Virus record (IMG/VR): IMGVR_UViG_3300035182_002505
Direction: 5' to 3' (one strand)
Source of the DNA: an uncultured virus (IMG/VR IMGVR_UViG_3300035182_002505)
Taxonomy: Duplodnaviria; Heunggongvirae; Uroviricota; Caudoviricetes
DNA: 64,000 bases
Numbering within the stretch: position 1 is the stretch's first letter; each line of letters starts with the position of its first letter. Positions 12,235 to 21,739 of the stretch are shown in pieces. The translations under genes were made by a program, and so were the position numbers. The notes under the pieces were generated by a model, which was not told the origin of the DNA, made no database searches, and worked only from the letters and a program-made list of their open reading frames with translations.

Positions 12235-12918
12235 TTAGTCGCGCATCGCGGCGACCGCCGCCGGACTAGGAGCAGGCTGCGGGGCCGGGGCGGGCTGATC
12301 GACGGGCAGCGGGTCGTTGCCCATCGTCACGAGGACCTTGGCGACGGCGGCGTAGATGTTGAGGCGCTTCGGCGCCTTGCTCCAGCGGCAGGAGAAGCCG
12401 GTGGCGTAGCCGGAGATGGTCGGCATCTCCCAGCCCCTGGCGGCGCCTGGGCTGCAGCGCCCACGGGCGGCCGCTAGGATCTTGCTGGCCGCCCAGGCCG
12501 CCCGCTTGGTCGACTCGAGGTCGGTGCCGCCGATGGTGATCCACTCGGAGGCGGGGACGGCGCGCGAGGCCTGGACCTGCCAGAGGGACTTGGACCGATG
12601 TACGATCGAGTTTCCATGCTTGTGCGCGTCGCACTCGTCGTCGTGGCACTTGTCCTGGTGTACGCGAAACATGAATTTCGACTCTGCCCAGCCCTTCATC
12701 ACGAGCATCGCAGCCAGCTCCTGCTTCGAGCCCTGCCAGACACGGCGACACGATTCGGAACGGCCCTCGCAAACCGCCATGCTGGACACTTTGTCGATGG
12801 CCGTAGCGATGACCTCGAAGCGAGCGTCCCGTTGCTCAGCCGTCTCGGGATCCATTCCCTTGGGGTAGACGAGCAGGGGGAGGGCCTTCATCGCGGCCAA
12901 AATCGCAATTTTCATCAT
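12235..12918 (-). CDS. Hypothetical Cys-containing, probably exported protein
   Basis: Hydrophobic N-terminus, several Cys, Pro/Ala tail. Confidence 0.6.
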   Translation of the reverse strand: MMKIAILAAMKALPLLVYPKGMDPETAEQRDARFEVIATAIDKVSSMAVCEGRSESCRRVWQGSKQELAAMLVMKGWAESKFMFRVHQDKCHDDECDAHKHGNSIVHRSKSLWQVQASRAVPASEWITIGGTDLESTKRAAWAASKILAAARGRCSPGAARGWEMPTISGYATGFSCRWSKAPKRLNIYAAVAKVLVTMGNDPLPVDQPAPAPQPAPSPAAVAAMRD

Positions 12919-12982
12919 GGGGTTACGCTTCTAGCTCATCTTTTGTTGGGCCACAAGCGCCAAAGAATGTCATCATCGACGC

Positions 12983-13855
12983 ATGACCGCCACGATCCTA
13001 GTCGACGCTTCTGCCATCAAAAAGCAGACTTTCGGGCCCACCGAGGACTGCCCCACCAGCGTACCATCGGTCTGCGAGTTGGCCACCCAGCGGGGTGATT
13101 GCATACGCCCTTGGCAAATTGGGGTCTGCCAGCCGCTGGTAGGAGACCGCTGGGGCGAGTGGGTCGACAAGGCTCACGACGCGGTCCGAGAGAACGTCTT
13201 CTTGACGATGCGCAACACGCCTTGCCAGGGTAGCGGCACATTCGACATGAACCTCCACTTTGCCTACGTGAGCCAGATGTTTCAGAACCCCGATGGATGC
13301 AGGCGGCAACGCAGAGTTATTCTGTCTGTCGCATCGCCAGGTCACATCGCCGACATCCTCAGTGCCTCGACGAGCGAGGATCTGATGTTCGAGATTATAC
13401 ATCCCTTTTACCAGACCGACGAACGTCGCAGGTCGAGGCACGACTGCAACGATTGGATGAGGCGGCAAGAGATGCAAAAGAGCGTCTACCACAGGATCAT
13501 GGTGGCCAAGCAATACAAGTCAGATCTGATGAATCACCGCATCAAGTGCCCGAACAGCCTTGGAAGTCACCGCGTGGGCGAGACCATGATGTTCCTCGAA
13601 TATCTCGACGACGCCTTGCCCGGCATCGTCACCGACCCGCCGCACCAACTGAAGGTTGAACTGGCAGATCCGAACAAGACGGTCGAAGAAATAGAAGAGA
13701 TCGTCAAGTACATGCCAGCTCATCAAAGGTGGAGGGGGATCGAGTACCTGCGTGAGCAGGTAGAGCACTTCGCGCTCTTCCAGCTCGAGGACCCCGGCTT
13801 CGAGAACAGGCTTCTGCTGCAGCAGCAACTTGCCCGCGAGCCCTACAACCGCTGA
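12983..13855 (+). CDS. Hypothetical protein
   Basis: 290-aa ORF with coding-like composition. Confidence 0.55.
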   Translation: MTATILVDASAIKKQTFGPTEDCPTSVPSVCELATQRGDCIRPWQIGVCQPLVGDRWGEWVDKAHDAVRENVFLTMRNTPCQGSGTFDMNLHFAYVSQMFQNPDGCRRQRRVILSVASPGHIADILSASTSEDLMFEIIHPFYQTDERRRSRHDCNDWMRRQEMQKSVYHRIMVAKQYKSDLMNHRIKCPNSLGSHRVGETMMFLEYLDDALPGIVTDPPHQLKVELADPNKTVEEIEEIVKYMPAHQRWRGIEYLREQVEHFALFQLEDPGFENRLLLQQQLAREPYNR

Positions 13856-13859
13856 CCTC

Positions 13860-14439
13860 TGCGCACCGCCGTCAGGATGGCCACTGGCGGGAAGGACCGC
13901 GGCGCCGAGCAGAGCTGCGCTCCAAGAGCCGACAAAGATCAGAATGTGCAGCGGGCGGATCGCGATGTACTGGACGGCGGGGTTGCGGTCGGCGAGGCAG
14001 GCGTCGAAGGCCCCGATGTCGCTGAAGTCCATCCCGCCCGACTCGTAGTGCAGGAGAGCCTCCTCGTCCATGGCGCACCGGCGCTGGAAAGGTGGACCTT
14101 GGCGTGGGTGTCCGCCGGCGCGCCGCTGGCGATCTCGACGATCTCCTCGGTGAGACCTGCGTACAGCTCGACGTTGAAGACCCGGGCATCGATCCGCGCC
14201 ATCATTCCCTGCATGCGGCTGGTCTTGGCCTTGAGCGGCAGGACCGGCGCCCGGAGCCAGGCGGCCATCTCGCCGTGCTTGCGGTCGATCTCCTTGAGCA
14301 GCTCGGGCAGGGTCTTCTTCCTGGCCTCGATCAGGCTGTTACCCTCGGTCGACTTCATCGAGCAGGTGCTGCGCAAGGAAAACGGCGCCGAACCGGTACA
14401 GCCGACGACAGACGACCCGAGCGACGCGTCATCGACCAT
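13860..14439 (-). pseudogene. Hypothetical gene with 1-nt frameshift near 14089 (ends approximate)
   Basis: GC3-biased frame switches from ..AKVHL to FQRRCAMDEE.. at CAC CTT TCC. Confidence 0.4.
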
Positions 14440-14456
14440 GTGATCGCCGAGGGGGT

Positions 14457-14576
14457 GATGGCCTGATTTGAGGCCGAGTGGCCGGATTTGAACCGCAGTG
14501 GCCTGGTTTCCCTGCCGGTGGCCTGTTCTCACCCCCAGTGGCCTGATTTCAAATCCGGCCACCAAATCAGGCCACT
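14457..14576. repeat. Left-end array of RGTGGCCTGATTT: 5 direct copies at 20-bp period plus 2 inverted
   Basis: Copies at 14457, 14477, 14497, 14517, 14537; inverted at 14551-14563 and 14564-14576. Confidence 0.95.
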
Positions 14577-14622
14577 CTGACGCACCCCTCCCAGAGCACA
14601 CGCGACCCACCCGCCGCACCCC

Positions 14623-14994
14623 TCAGCGCGACCCACCCCTGCGCTTCGTGACCGACACCGGCTCCTCCGTGTGCGTCACGACACCACGCAGCATCGCCAG
14701 GACAACTCGCCGTGTCGACGGCGGCACACTCCGTAGCATCTGCGTCGCTTCGCTCAGCCATCCCTCGTCCTCCGTGCTCCCCACCAGCGCGTCGAGCGAC
14801 GTCCCGAACACACGCGCCAGCGACACCAGCACCGGCACCGCGGGCATCCGCTCGCCTCGCTCCAGCATGCCCACGTAGGCCATTGACAGATCGAGGTGCT
14901 CCGCCAGCGCTTCCTGCGACCACCCGCGCGCCAGTCGGTGGAGTCGGATCGATGCGCCAAGAGCGGCCTGCAACGCTTCCTCGTCCTCTGGCAT
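14623..14994 (-). CDS. XRE/Cro-C1 HTH regulator
   Basis: IRLHRLARGWSQEALAEHLDLSMAYVGMLERGERMP. Confidence 0.9.
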   Translation of the reverse strand: MPEDEEALQAALGASIRLHRLARGWSQEALAEHLDLSMAYVGMLERGERMPAVPVLVSLARVFGTSLDALVGSTEDEGWLSEATQMLRSVPPSTRRVVLAMLRGVVTHTEEPVSVTKRRGGSR

Positions 14995-15145
14995 AGCCCA
15001 CAAAAACCAGCGTTCCGTGAGTGGCGCTATCAACGGACTATTGCTTTGTCACCACTTACAGTAGGTGTCCTTTTGTGACCACATTATCGCCCGTGGCCAG
15101 GGTGGCCCCGACGCGCTGAGGTGGGCCTTAGCTGGGAGAACGGAC

Positions 15146-16414
15146 ATGAAAACTCGTTATTTGAGGGGGATCGTGAGCATGGGCGCGGTGGTGTCGCTGC
15201 TCGTCGTGGCGTGCAGTTCCGCCAGTGGTCCTCCATCCGACGAAACCCCGGTGCCGCAGCAGTCCTGCACCGGTTGCACCGACTCGTTCGACTATTCCAC
15301 CTGTCGACCCATCGCGACGCAGAACAACAACAACTGCGGGTCAGGCGGCCGGCTCTGCCAGGCGTGTGACGCCGGGCAGATGTGCCAGGGCGGCGAGTGC
15401 GTGGTGGACCAGTTGGTCTGCTCCAAGTTCACCTGCCCCACGGGTTGCTGCAACGGCAACACCTGCGTGCCCTACGAGGCGCAGACCGATGCTTCGTGCG
15501 GCCTGAGCGCCATGTGCAAGCCCTGCGATCCAGGGCTGACCTGCCAGTTCGGGACGTGCGCGGCACCACCCGCGACGTGTGATGCTTCAACCTGTTCGGG
15601 GTGCTGCGATGGCACGACCTGCGTGCTCATCTCCTCGGAGAACGCCGGTTCGTGCGGCAAGTTCGGTGCGGTCTGCGGCGCATGTCCTCTGGGCCAGGAC
15701 TGCGTCAATGGCACCTGCCAGAAGGGCAGTGCGGGATGCTCGCCCGCGACCTGCACCGGATGCTGCCAGGGCGACACCTGCGTGACGACCGCATCGCAGA
15801 CCGATGCCTCGTGCGGGAAGGGTGGCGCGAGTTGCAGCGCGTGCAGCGCCGGCCACGCGTGCTCCGCGGGGGTGTGCTCGACCAAGAGCACGAGCTGCTC
15901 GCCGTCGTCGTGTGGTGGCGGATGCTGCGACGGAACCAACTGCCGCACGGACCTGTCGTGGGACTCGTGCAGCGCGGGTGGAACCGCCTGCCTCTCGTGC
16001 GACCCGATGGCGCTCTGCACGAAGCCTGGGAGTTGCGACAACGGCCAGTGGGACCCGAACGCGCTGATCGACCTGTACATCGAGGCGTACAGCGTGTCGG
16101 AGGCGCAGTGCTCGGACCCGATCGGCAAGCCGGACCCGAAGATCACGTTCACGATCGGTGGTCAGTCGTACCCGTCGGGGACGTGCAACGACGCGTACTC
16201 GTGCACGTTTACTCCGGCGTGGAAGATCCCGAACGTGACGCTGGCGCAGTTCAAGTCGGGCGGGGTGAAGTTCACGGTGGTGGACGTGGACGAGACGGTG
16301 GACGATCCGTGCTGGAGCGGGAGTCTGTCGGTGCCGGTGAGGAACTTCTCGTCGCTGTTGCTCAAGCCCGGGGACGGCAGCCTGACGTACCACGTCCGCC
16401 CCGCTGGCTTCTGA
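15146..16414 (+). CDS. Cys-rich repeat lipoprotein with C2-like C-terminal domain
   Basis: Lipobox LVVAC; ~5 CxGCCxGxTC..SCG..C..C repeats; DPIGKPDP..VVDVDETVDD. Confidence 0.75.
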   Translation: MKTRYLRGIVSMGAVVSLLVVACSSASGPPSDETPVPQQSCTGCTDSFDYSTCRPIATQNNNNCGSGGRLCQACDAGQMCQGGECVVDQLVCSKFTCPTGCCNGNTCVPYEAQTDASCGLSAMCKPCDPGLTCQFGTCAAPPATCDASTCSGCCDGTTCVLISSENAGSCGKFGAVCGACPLGQDCVNGTCQKGSAGCSPATCTGCCQGDTCVTTASQTDASCGKGGASCSACSAGHACSAGVCSTKSTSCSPSSCGGGCCDGTNCRTDLSWDSCSAGGTACLSCDPMALCTKPGSCDNGQWDPNALIDLYIEAYSVSEAQCSDPIGKPDPKITFTIGGQSYPSGTCNDAYSCTFTPAWKIPNVTLAQFKSGGVKFTVVDVDETVDDPCWSGSLSVPVRNFSSLLLKPGDGSLTYHVRPAGF

Positions 16415-17047
16415 CCCAACGCAGGCATCGCAGCGGAGGCGGTCGGTAGCTGCGCCAGGCCAAGAGTGGGAGGGGTGGGCAGCCACCACCGGAGAGCCAA
16501 ATTCGTCCGTGTGTGCGACATCGGCGGGCCGGTCATACCGCTGGCAACCATGGTCCGCCTCATAATGAGTGTCACTCATGTTCCGGGAGGACAGTGGCAG
16601 GAGGCAACGCCTTTTCCCTCGTCGAGCGAGACGGACTTGTCATAGCGCGCGTGGCAAAATCGTCAGTCTCTGCGGTGGGAGACTCAACATCCGAGGGGGA
16701 AGATGTCGAGTTGTGAAGTCGGCACATCTGGTGCATCATCGACGATGATGTGCCTGTTTCCCAGGCAAGTCCTTCTGGGTCGGTGGCGAACCGACCTCCG
16801 AAAGGCTTGCGAGACCTGATGGTCAGGGAACCAGGAACAACATCTTTCGGAGCACTTCTTAGATTATTCCCGCAAAAAACCGTGACGGACAACGAACTCT
16901 AGCTATGACAATTTGTCGAAGAGAAGAGATCGTTGATCTTGTTGGCGCAACTTGCGGAACTACCTTACTGTTCGCGCGAAACTTGCTGGTCCCCACCACC
17001 CATGGTGATCAGCAACTCCCAAGTTACCCACACGATTGGGACAACCC

Positions 17048-17608
17048 ATGAAAAACGATCGTCTCGCAAACACCGTCCTGTATCTCCTTGCTGGCTGCCC
17101 TGACGCCGGCCTGACGAAGTTGCTGAAGCTGCTCTACTTCGCCGACTACACTCACTACCGCGAGCACCTGACCACCATCACCGGGGCTACCTACGTCGCC
17201 CTTGAGCGCGGTCCCGTGCTCGATGGCTACGAGGAGGAGCTTGACTCGTTGGAGCGCCGGGGGTTCTTGGCCATCCGCGACGTTCCCGTCTTCGGGCACG
17301 AGAAGCCGAAGAAAGAGTACATGCGGCTTGGTGCGCCAGACCCGGACGCCTTCAACGAGTCCGAGATTGCCACGCTGGACGAAGTCTTGCTGAAGTACGG
17401 CAGACAGAGCGGGGTGGCGTTGAGCAAGCTCACTCACGAAGAGTCGGCTCCGTGGGAGCACGTCTGGGACCCGAGCGCCCCTGGTGCGGTCATCCCGTAT
17501 GCTCTGTGGCGGTGGCTCGACAACATGGCCAGCGAGCGGGACGTGAAAACGGCACAGGCACGGCGTGCGGCGGCTGCGGCGACCCAGGTCGACGCAGATA
17601 TTCACTGA
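17048..17608 (+). CDS. Panacea/SocA (DUF4065, GepA-like) antitoxin
   Basis: TKLLKLLYFAD, GPV, LSKLTH..PW motifs. Confidence 0.85.
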   Translation: MKNDRLANTVLYLLAGCPDAGLTKLLKLLYFADYTHYREHLTTITGATYVALERGPVLDGYEEELDSLERRGFLAIRDVPVFGHEKPKKEYMRLGAPDPDAFNESEIATLDEVLLKYGRQSGVALSKLTHEESAPWEHVWDPSAPGAVIPYALWRWLDNMASERDVKTAQARRAAAAATQVDADIH

Positions 17609-17934
17609 TGGCTGGCCGCAGATCGGTAGTAAAACGGACCAACGCATTCGATGACTGTGTGACCGCGCTTGAGGCGTCTTTCCCTGGCGTAAGACGCAGC
17701 GTGGACGACTTTATCGAGGCCCTTCGGATCGGCGGCCCCAATCTGGCTACACAAACGTTCGATCAAGGGAGTGGGCGTCAACACGTTCATTCTGTCGACG
17801 ACCCAACGCTTGGAAGCGCAGGACGTTCAAAATTCGGGATAACGTACTCGGAGGGGCCCCCAGTAACTGGGCCCAACTCCCAGATAACCCACGTCTTCGT
17901 GGTCGAAGACATTTGGCTTCGAGAGATGAGGTAG
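17608..17934 (+). CDS. Putative toxin partner of Panacea (RelE-like size)
   Basis: TGATG coupling to antitoxin, 108 aa, lower GC. Confidence 0.5.
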   Translation: MAGRRSVVKRTNAFDDCVTALEASFPGVRRSVDDFIEALRIGGPNLATQTFDQGSGRQHVHSVDDPTLGSAGRSKFGITYSEGPPVTGPNSQITHVFVVEDIWLREMR

Positions 17935-17938
17935 TCTC

Positions 17939-18895
17939 CTAGCCTCCATTTGCGCCACCAGGGATGAGGCGGAGGACAGTGCCACCTCCTGTCCGCCGTG
18001 CAGCCCCGGTAGGAGCCTCCAGGGCCATGGGATGAGGCTCCCCGGGGACTTGATTAGGAGCGGGCGGGGCGATCAAGGCCGCGACGATCAGTTCCTCGAT
18101 GCTCCAGACGTGATCCGTGAGCCCGGCCTCCATCGCGGGCGTCACCCTGATCGCCTCGTGCACGCGACAGAGGTTGTAGTGCGCGAAGTGCAGCGCCACC
18201 GCCGCGCGTAGGTTCCTCAGCTTCTTCGAGAACCCGTTGCACTGCCTCGTGAACCTCCGCATCGACATCCGCATCGTGAGGTTCTGTCGCTCGACGTGGT
18301 TCGTCGTCGAGACCCGCAGGTTCGGCTGTCCGACCACCGCACGCTTCGTCACCCCGTAGACCGCTCCAGGAACGAACCTCGGCTGTCCTGGCTCCAGCGT
18401 CGCCCCTTCGCACTGCTTCTTCACCTGCGCGTAGTCCACGTCCACGCCGAACGCCTGGTCGATCGCGTCGATGTAGGTGATCAACGAGTCCGTCGTGATG
18501 TGCGGCCGGTTCAGCACGCGCTGACGAAGATCCTTCAGAAACAGGTTCGCGACCTCGCTGGTGCGCTTGTCCGTGCGCCAACTCACGACGAGTCGTGTCT
18601 GCGGATCGAAGGCCACCCAGGTGTACTGGTCGCCGTATTCTTCTGAATCGGTCTCCGTTAGTTGCGCCTGTTTTTTGCGCACGAAGGACCAGATTTCATC
18701 CAGTTCCAGACGTGAGCAGTTGAGGCCGCGCACCATGCGATCGAGCAGCGCCGCGCATCCCTCGCCGACTTCCACGCCGAGAAACATGATCGTCTGACGG
18801 TTCGCATCGACCATGCGTTCGGTGGCTCGGATGCTGGTTCCGTCGACAAGCGCGGCGATGATCTGCACGCGCTTCTCCATGGGCAGGATGTTCAC
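17939..18895 (-). CDS. IS1-family DDE transposase
   Basis: HTH GTSIRATER; ELDEIW, ITTD, NHVERQNLTMR, FSKK, TPAMEAG. Confidence 0.88.
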   Translation of the reverse strand: MNILPMEKRVQIIAALVDGTSIRATERMVDANRQTIMFLGVEVGEGCAALLDRMVRGLNCSRLELDEIWSFVRKKQAQLTETDSEEYGDQYTWVAFDPQTRLVVSWRTDKRTSEVANLFLKDLRQRVLNRPHITTDSLITYIDAIDQAFGVDVDYAQVKKQCEGATLEPGQPRFVPGAVYGVTKRAVVGQPNLRVSTTNHVERQNLTMRMSMRRFTRQCNGFSKKLRNLRAAVALHFAHYNLCRVHEAIRVTPAMEAGLTDHVWSIEELIVAALIAPPAPNQVPGEPHPMALEAPTGAARRTGGGTVLRLIPGGANGG

Positions 18896-19007
18896 GTTCC
18901 TGGGCCTTTCACGGGCAAAAGGAGGCGTGGCCTGTCTCGGATCACGAGGGCCCAAGACGGCGCGAAGAGGCGGCGGAGGCGAGGTACACCTCCGGCAGCC
19001 CACTGAA

Positions 19008-19051
19008 CTAATGTATACACATTAGAGGGTCAAATCAACGAGCTTGACCCT
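19008..19051. promoter_or_regulatory. Two adjacent dyads between divergent transposase and RHH genes
   Basis: CTAATGT-atac-ACATTAG (19008-19025) and AGGGTCAA-N10-TTGACCCT (19026-19051). Confidence 0.55.
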
Positions 19052-19079
19052 GTTTTTGTGCTGTTCCACGATGGTAGGC

Positions 19080-19322
19080 ATGGCAGCCAGCAAGGTGGTG
19101 AAGCGGCGTAAGTTGGATGAAGATAGAAAAGAGGCGCGCATTGTATTGAGGGTCACGGAGGCACAGAAAGGGGTCCTAGAAGCGGCGGCGAAGGTGAGGG
19201 GCCTGACGCTGTCGTCCTGGGTGCTGACGAGCGCGCTGGAGGCATCTGGAGCGGTGGGCGGTGGTGATGCTCCAGAGTCTACGCCGGCTTTTGATGGGCA
19301 ACGCAGGGTGAAAATGAAGTGA
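19080..19322 (+). CDS. Ribbon-helix-helix protein (DUF1778-like)
   Basis: RIVLRVTEAQKGVLEAAAKVRGLTLSSWV. Confidence 0.75.
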   Translation: MAASKVVKRRKLDEDRKEARIVLRVTEAQKGVLEAAAKVRGLTLSSWVLTSALEASGAVGGGDAPESTPAFDGQRRVKMK

Positions 19323-19470
19323 TTTTTGGAGTAGGCGCGCGCCCGATCCTCGAAATCGTCAATGTGTCAAGAGTGAACATGCTCTCAGGCTCACAAGGTC
19401 GCGAAGGTCGGCAACGCAGTGCGTTGAACAGACGACCATCGGGAGGGTGGGCGAGGGGCGAGCGGGGGCG

Positions 19471-19553
19471 AGTGGCCTGATTTGGAGGAAGGTGGCCTGA
19501 TTTCAGGCGCAGTGGCCTGATTTGACCTTGAGTGGCCTGATCAGGCCACTACC
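19471..19553. repeat. Right-end array: 4 copies at 20-bp period plus terminal inverted copy
   Basis: RGTGGCCTGAT at 19471, 19491, 19511, 19531; last forms palindrome AGTGGCCTGA/TCAGGCCACT. Confidence 0.95.
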
Positions 19554-19608
19554 CCGCCGAGGGGGTCGGCTTGCGCCGCGAGGGGTTCGGCGCGATCATG
19601 CTCCCATC

Positions 19609-19914
19609 ATGCACGCATCTGTCGCCAAATTCGGCCTTCGTTCCTGGGCCATCGGCATCATGGGGTTCATCACGCTGGCAGCGTCCTGCTTGCATGACCC
19701 TGTTCAGCCCAACCCGCCCCCGGTCGCCGGGGCTGACTGCAAGTCGGCCTGCGACCACCTGGCCTCCCTGGGCTGCGAGTTGGCCAAGCCGACCGCGAAA
19801 GGGACAAGCTGCAAAACATGGTGCGAGGCGACTGCAAACAAGCCGGCCGGCATGGACACGGGCTGCGCCGCCGCGGTCCAGACCTGCGCCCAGGCCGACC
19901 GCTGCGGGCGCTGA
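19609..19914 (+). CDS. Small Cys-rich lipoprotein
   Basis: Signal peptide with LAASC lipobox-like site, 8 further Cys. Confidence 0.65.
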   Translation: MHASVAKFGLRSWAIGIMGFITLAASCLHDPVQPNPPPVAGADCKSACDHLASLGCELAKPTAKGTSCKTWCEATANKPAGMDTGCAAAVQTCAQADRCGR

Positions 19915-20019
19915 ACCTCGGGCTTTTCGATTTGGCGGCGTCACCCTGGGCGCGAGACCCTGGCCGGCAGGTCTGCTCGCGAAGCAGCGCGCCCTCGCCG
20001 GTCGAACCCGGTCGAGACG

Positions 20020-20692
20020 GTGCAGGTCCGGCTGGCCGATCCACGGGAGACCCCGACGCCCGCGCAGCGCCTGCTGATCGACCGGCTCCAGGCGATGCTG
20101 CAGCAGGAGGGGGGACAGCCGCATCTGGACCTACCGGGGCTAGCGCTGCATCCTCCTCGCCCGGCACTCAAGCGGGCACTGGTGCGGCTACGTCGAGATC
20201 ATGCCGGGGGACCCGCTCTACCAGCGGGACGAGGACGATCTGCAGTCCGTCTAGGTTCACGGGGGTCTCACGGGCTCAGGTTACCGGAACGGCAAGTGGA
20301 TCCTGGGGTTTGACGCCGGGCACCTGAACGACATCGACCCGAGACGCCTCGAGCTGCACCTGCTGACGCCGGACCTGCGGAACTACTGGAGCGAGTTCCG
20401 CATGATGGCCGAGGCACAGAGGGTGGTCGACCAGGTTGCCGACCAGGGGTCGCTGCTGCTGCCCGAGCCGGAGCCCGAGTCTGACAACCTCGAAGACGCA
20501 GACGAATACGAGTACGGGGTCGACGACGAAGGCGACGATGCGTACCGCGACGATTCGGACGATGCTGGCATCCGTCGGCATCCTCAAGCAGCTCAGGAAA
20601 ATGTTCTCGGACGAACTGGCGACCGATATCCTGTGCGCCGCCCACGAGATTATCCTGTTGCAGGACCCGACGGGGAGGACTGGACTGCCTGA
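20020..20692 (+). pseudogene. Phage-type conserved protein (WCGYV/VHGGLT/GFD motifs), G6 frameshift and two in-frame TAG
   Basis: ..QEG/DSRIWTYRG*RCILLARHSSGHWCGYV..SV*VHGGLT..WILGFDAGH; TAG at 20141 and 20252. Confidence 0.7.
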
Positions 20693-21035
20693 GACGAGGC
20701 TGCGCAAGATCGTGCTCGACGCACTCGACAGCTTGGGACCGAAACCGCAGTCGATGTTCGCGATCCGGCTGACGATCGCCTCTCGTCTACCCTGCAACTC
20801 GGCGGCCAGCATGCCGGATCATGCGAGCGTGCGGATCCAGCTCAATTCGCTGGTCTCGGAAGGTCTGGCAACGAAGACATCGGACGAGGATGGACGCCCG
20901 ATGTTCTCGCTGATACCGCTACCTCGCCGCGTGCAGGGCGAAGGCACCCAGGCCAACCGCCAGCGTAGTGCCCGCGACGCCGACCACGACGCCAAACCAC
21001 GGGGTCGAGTACCACGGCGGGTTGCGGGCCGCTGA
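20538..21035 (+). CDS. Possible winged-HTH protein
   Basis: SVRIQLNSLVSEGLATK motif; ends overlap neighbours. Confidence 0.4.
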   Translation: MRTATIRTMLASVGILKQLRKMFSDELATDILCAAHEIILLQDPTGRTGLPETRLRKIVLDALDSLGPKPQSMFAIRLTIASRLPCNSAASMPDHASVRIQLNSLVSEGLATKTSDEDGRPMFSLIPLPRRVQGEGTQANRQRSARDADHDAKPRGRVPRRVAGR

Positions 21036-21398
21036 CTCGAGGGACTCGATCCGGGCCTGCTGCTGCCCGATCCGGATCTGGTAGTCCTCGGTTACGGCCT
21101 TGTACTTGTCGCGCTCGATTTGCAGCAGGGTCTGCGCGAGTGTGATGTCGGCCTGGTCGACCTTGCGCTGGTAGTCGACGTCGGCTCGCAGCCGCAGCTT
21201 GTACTGTCCCAACCAATTCGCCCACCGTAGCGACGTAGGGCCGTCGAACAGTTGGCCCGAGAACGGCGCCTTGTCCCCCTCGCGGATGGCCACGATCTTG
21301 TCCTCGCCCGGCGGGATGGCCTGGACCTCTTGGGCGACGGCGACGGCGGGGGTGAACAGGGCGGCGATCAGGACGGCGCAGGCAGGCAGGCGGCTCAT
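20919..21398 (-). CDS. Exported coiled-coil protein with C-terminal TM
   Basis: Signal AVAVA-Q, GDKAPFSGQL, heptads, WFGVVVGV TM. Confidence 0.65.
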   Translation of the reverse strand: MSRLPACAVLIAALFTPAVAVAQEVQAIPPGEDKIVAIREGDKAPFSGQLFDGPTSLRWANWLGQYKLRLRADVDYQRKVDQADITLAQTLLQIERDKYKAVTEDYQIRIGQQQARIESLESAARNPPWYSTPWFGVVVGVAGTTLAVGLGAFALHAAR

Positions 21399-21739
21399 GG
21401 CTTTCGCGCCTCCTGACCCGCGTCAAGCAGCGCCTTATTCAGCGCTTCCTGGTCCTCGAGGAGCGCCGGCGCAGCCTGTTCCTGTTCGGCGACCTGCTGG
21501 GCCAGGACCTGACTGCGGTCGATGGCAGCGGTGTCAGCTTCCTTGTCGTGAATGACCTGGGCGACGTCGGCCTTCTGCTGCGCCTTCTGCTCTTCGGTCA
21601 CCTGGACCGGGGAGGGCGCCGCGGGCACGGCGGCCGGCGCGGGCGTTGTGGCGCTGCGGCGACCCAGGAAGAAGGCGGCGATGGCGGCGACGACGGAGAC
21701 GAGGGCGCCGATGACGAAGGTCTTGGTATCGAAGGGCAT
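21395..21739 (-). CDS. N-terminal TM coiled-coil protein (i-spanin-like topology)
   Basis: Single TM then Gln/Ala helix; coupled to neighbours. Confidence 0.55.
   Translation of the reverse strand: MPFDTKTFVIGALVSVVAAIAAFFLGRRSATTPAPAAVPAAPSPVQVTEEQKAQQKADVAQVIHDKEADTAAIDRSQVLAQQVAEQEQAAPALLEDQEALNKALLDAGQEARKP

Larger units (their letters stand above)
14453..19554. mobile_element. IS1-family cargo transposon, 5102 bp, 8-bp target duplication CGCCGAGG
   Basis: Ends GGGTGATGGCCTGA and (rev) GGGTAGTGGCCTGA; CGCCGAGG at 14445-14452 and 19555-19562; internal IS1-type transposase. Confidence 0.85.

Noticed and set aside
14457..19553. End arrays as mini-CRISPR or replication iterons
   Set aside because: 7-bp spacers are too short, no cas or rep gene is present, and the arrays coincide with IS1-like ends and a target duplication.
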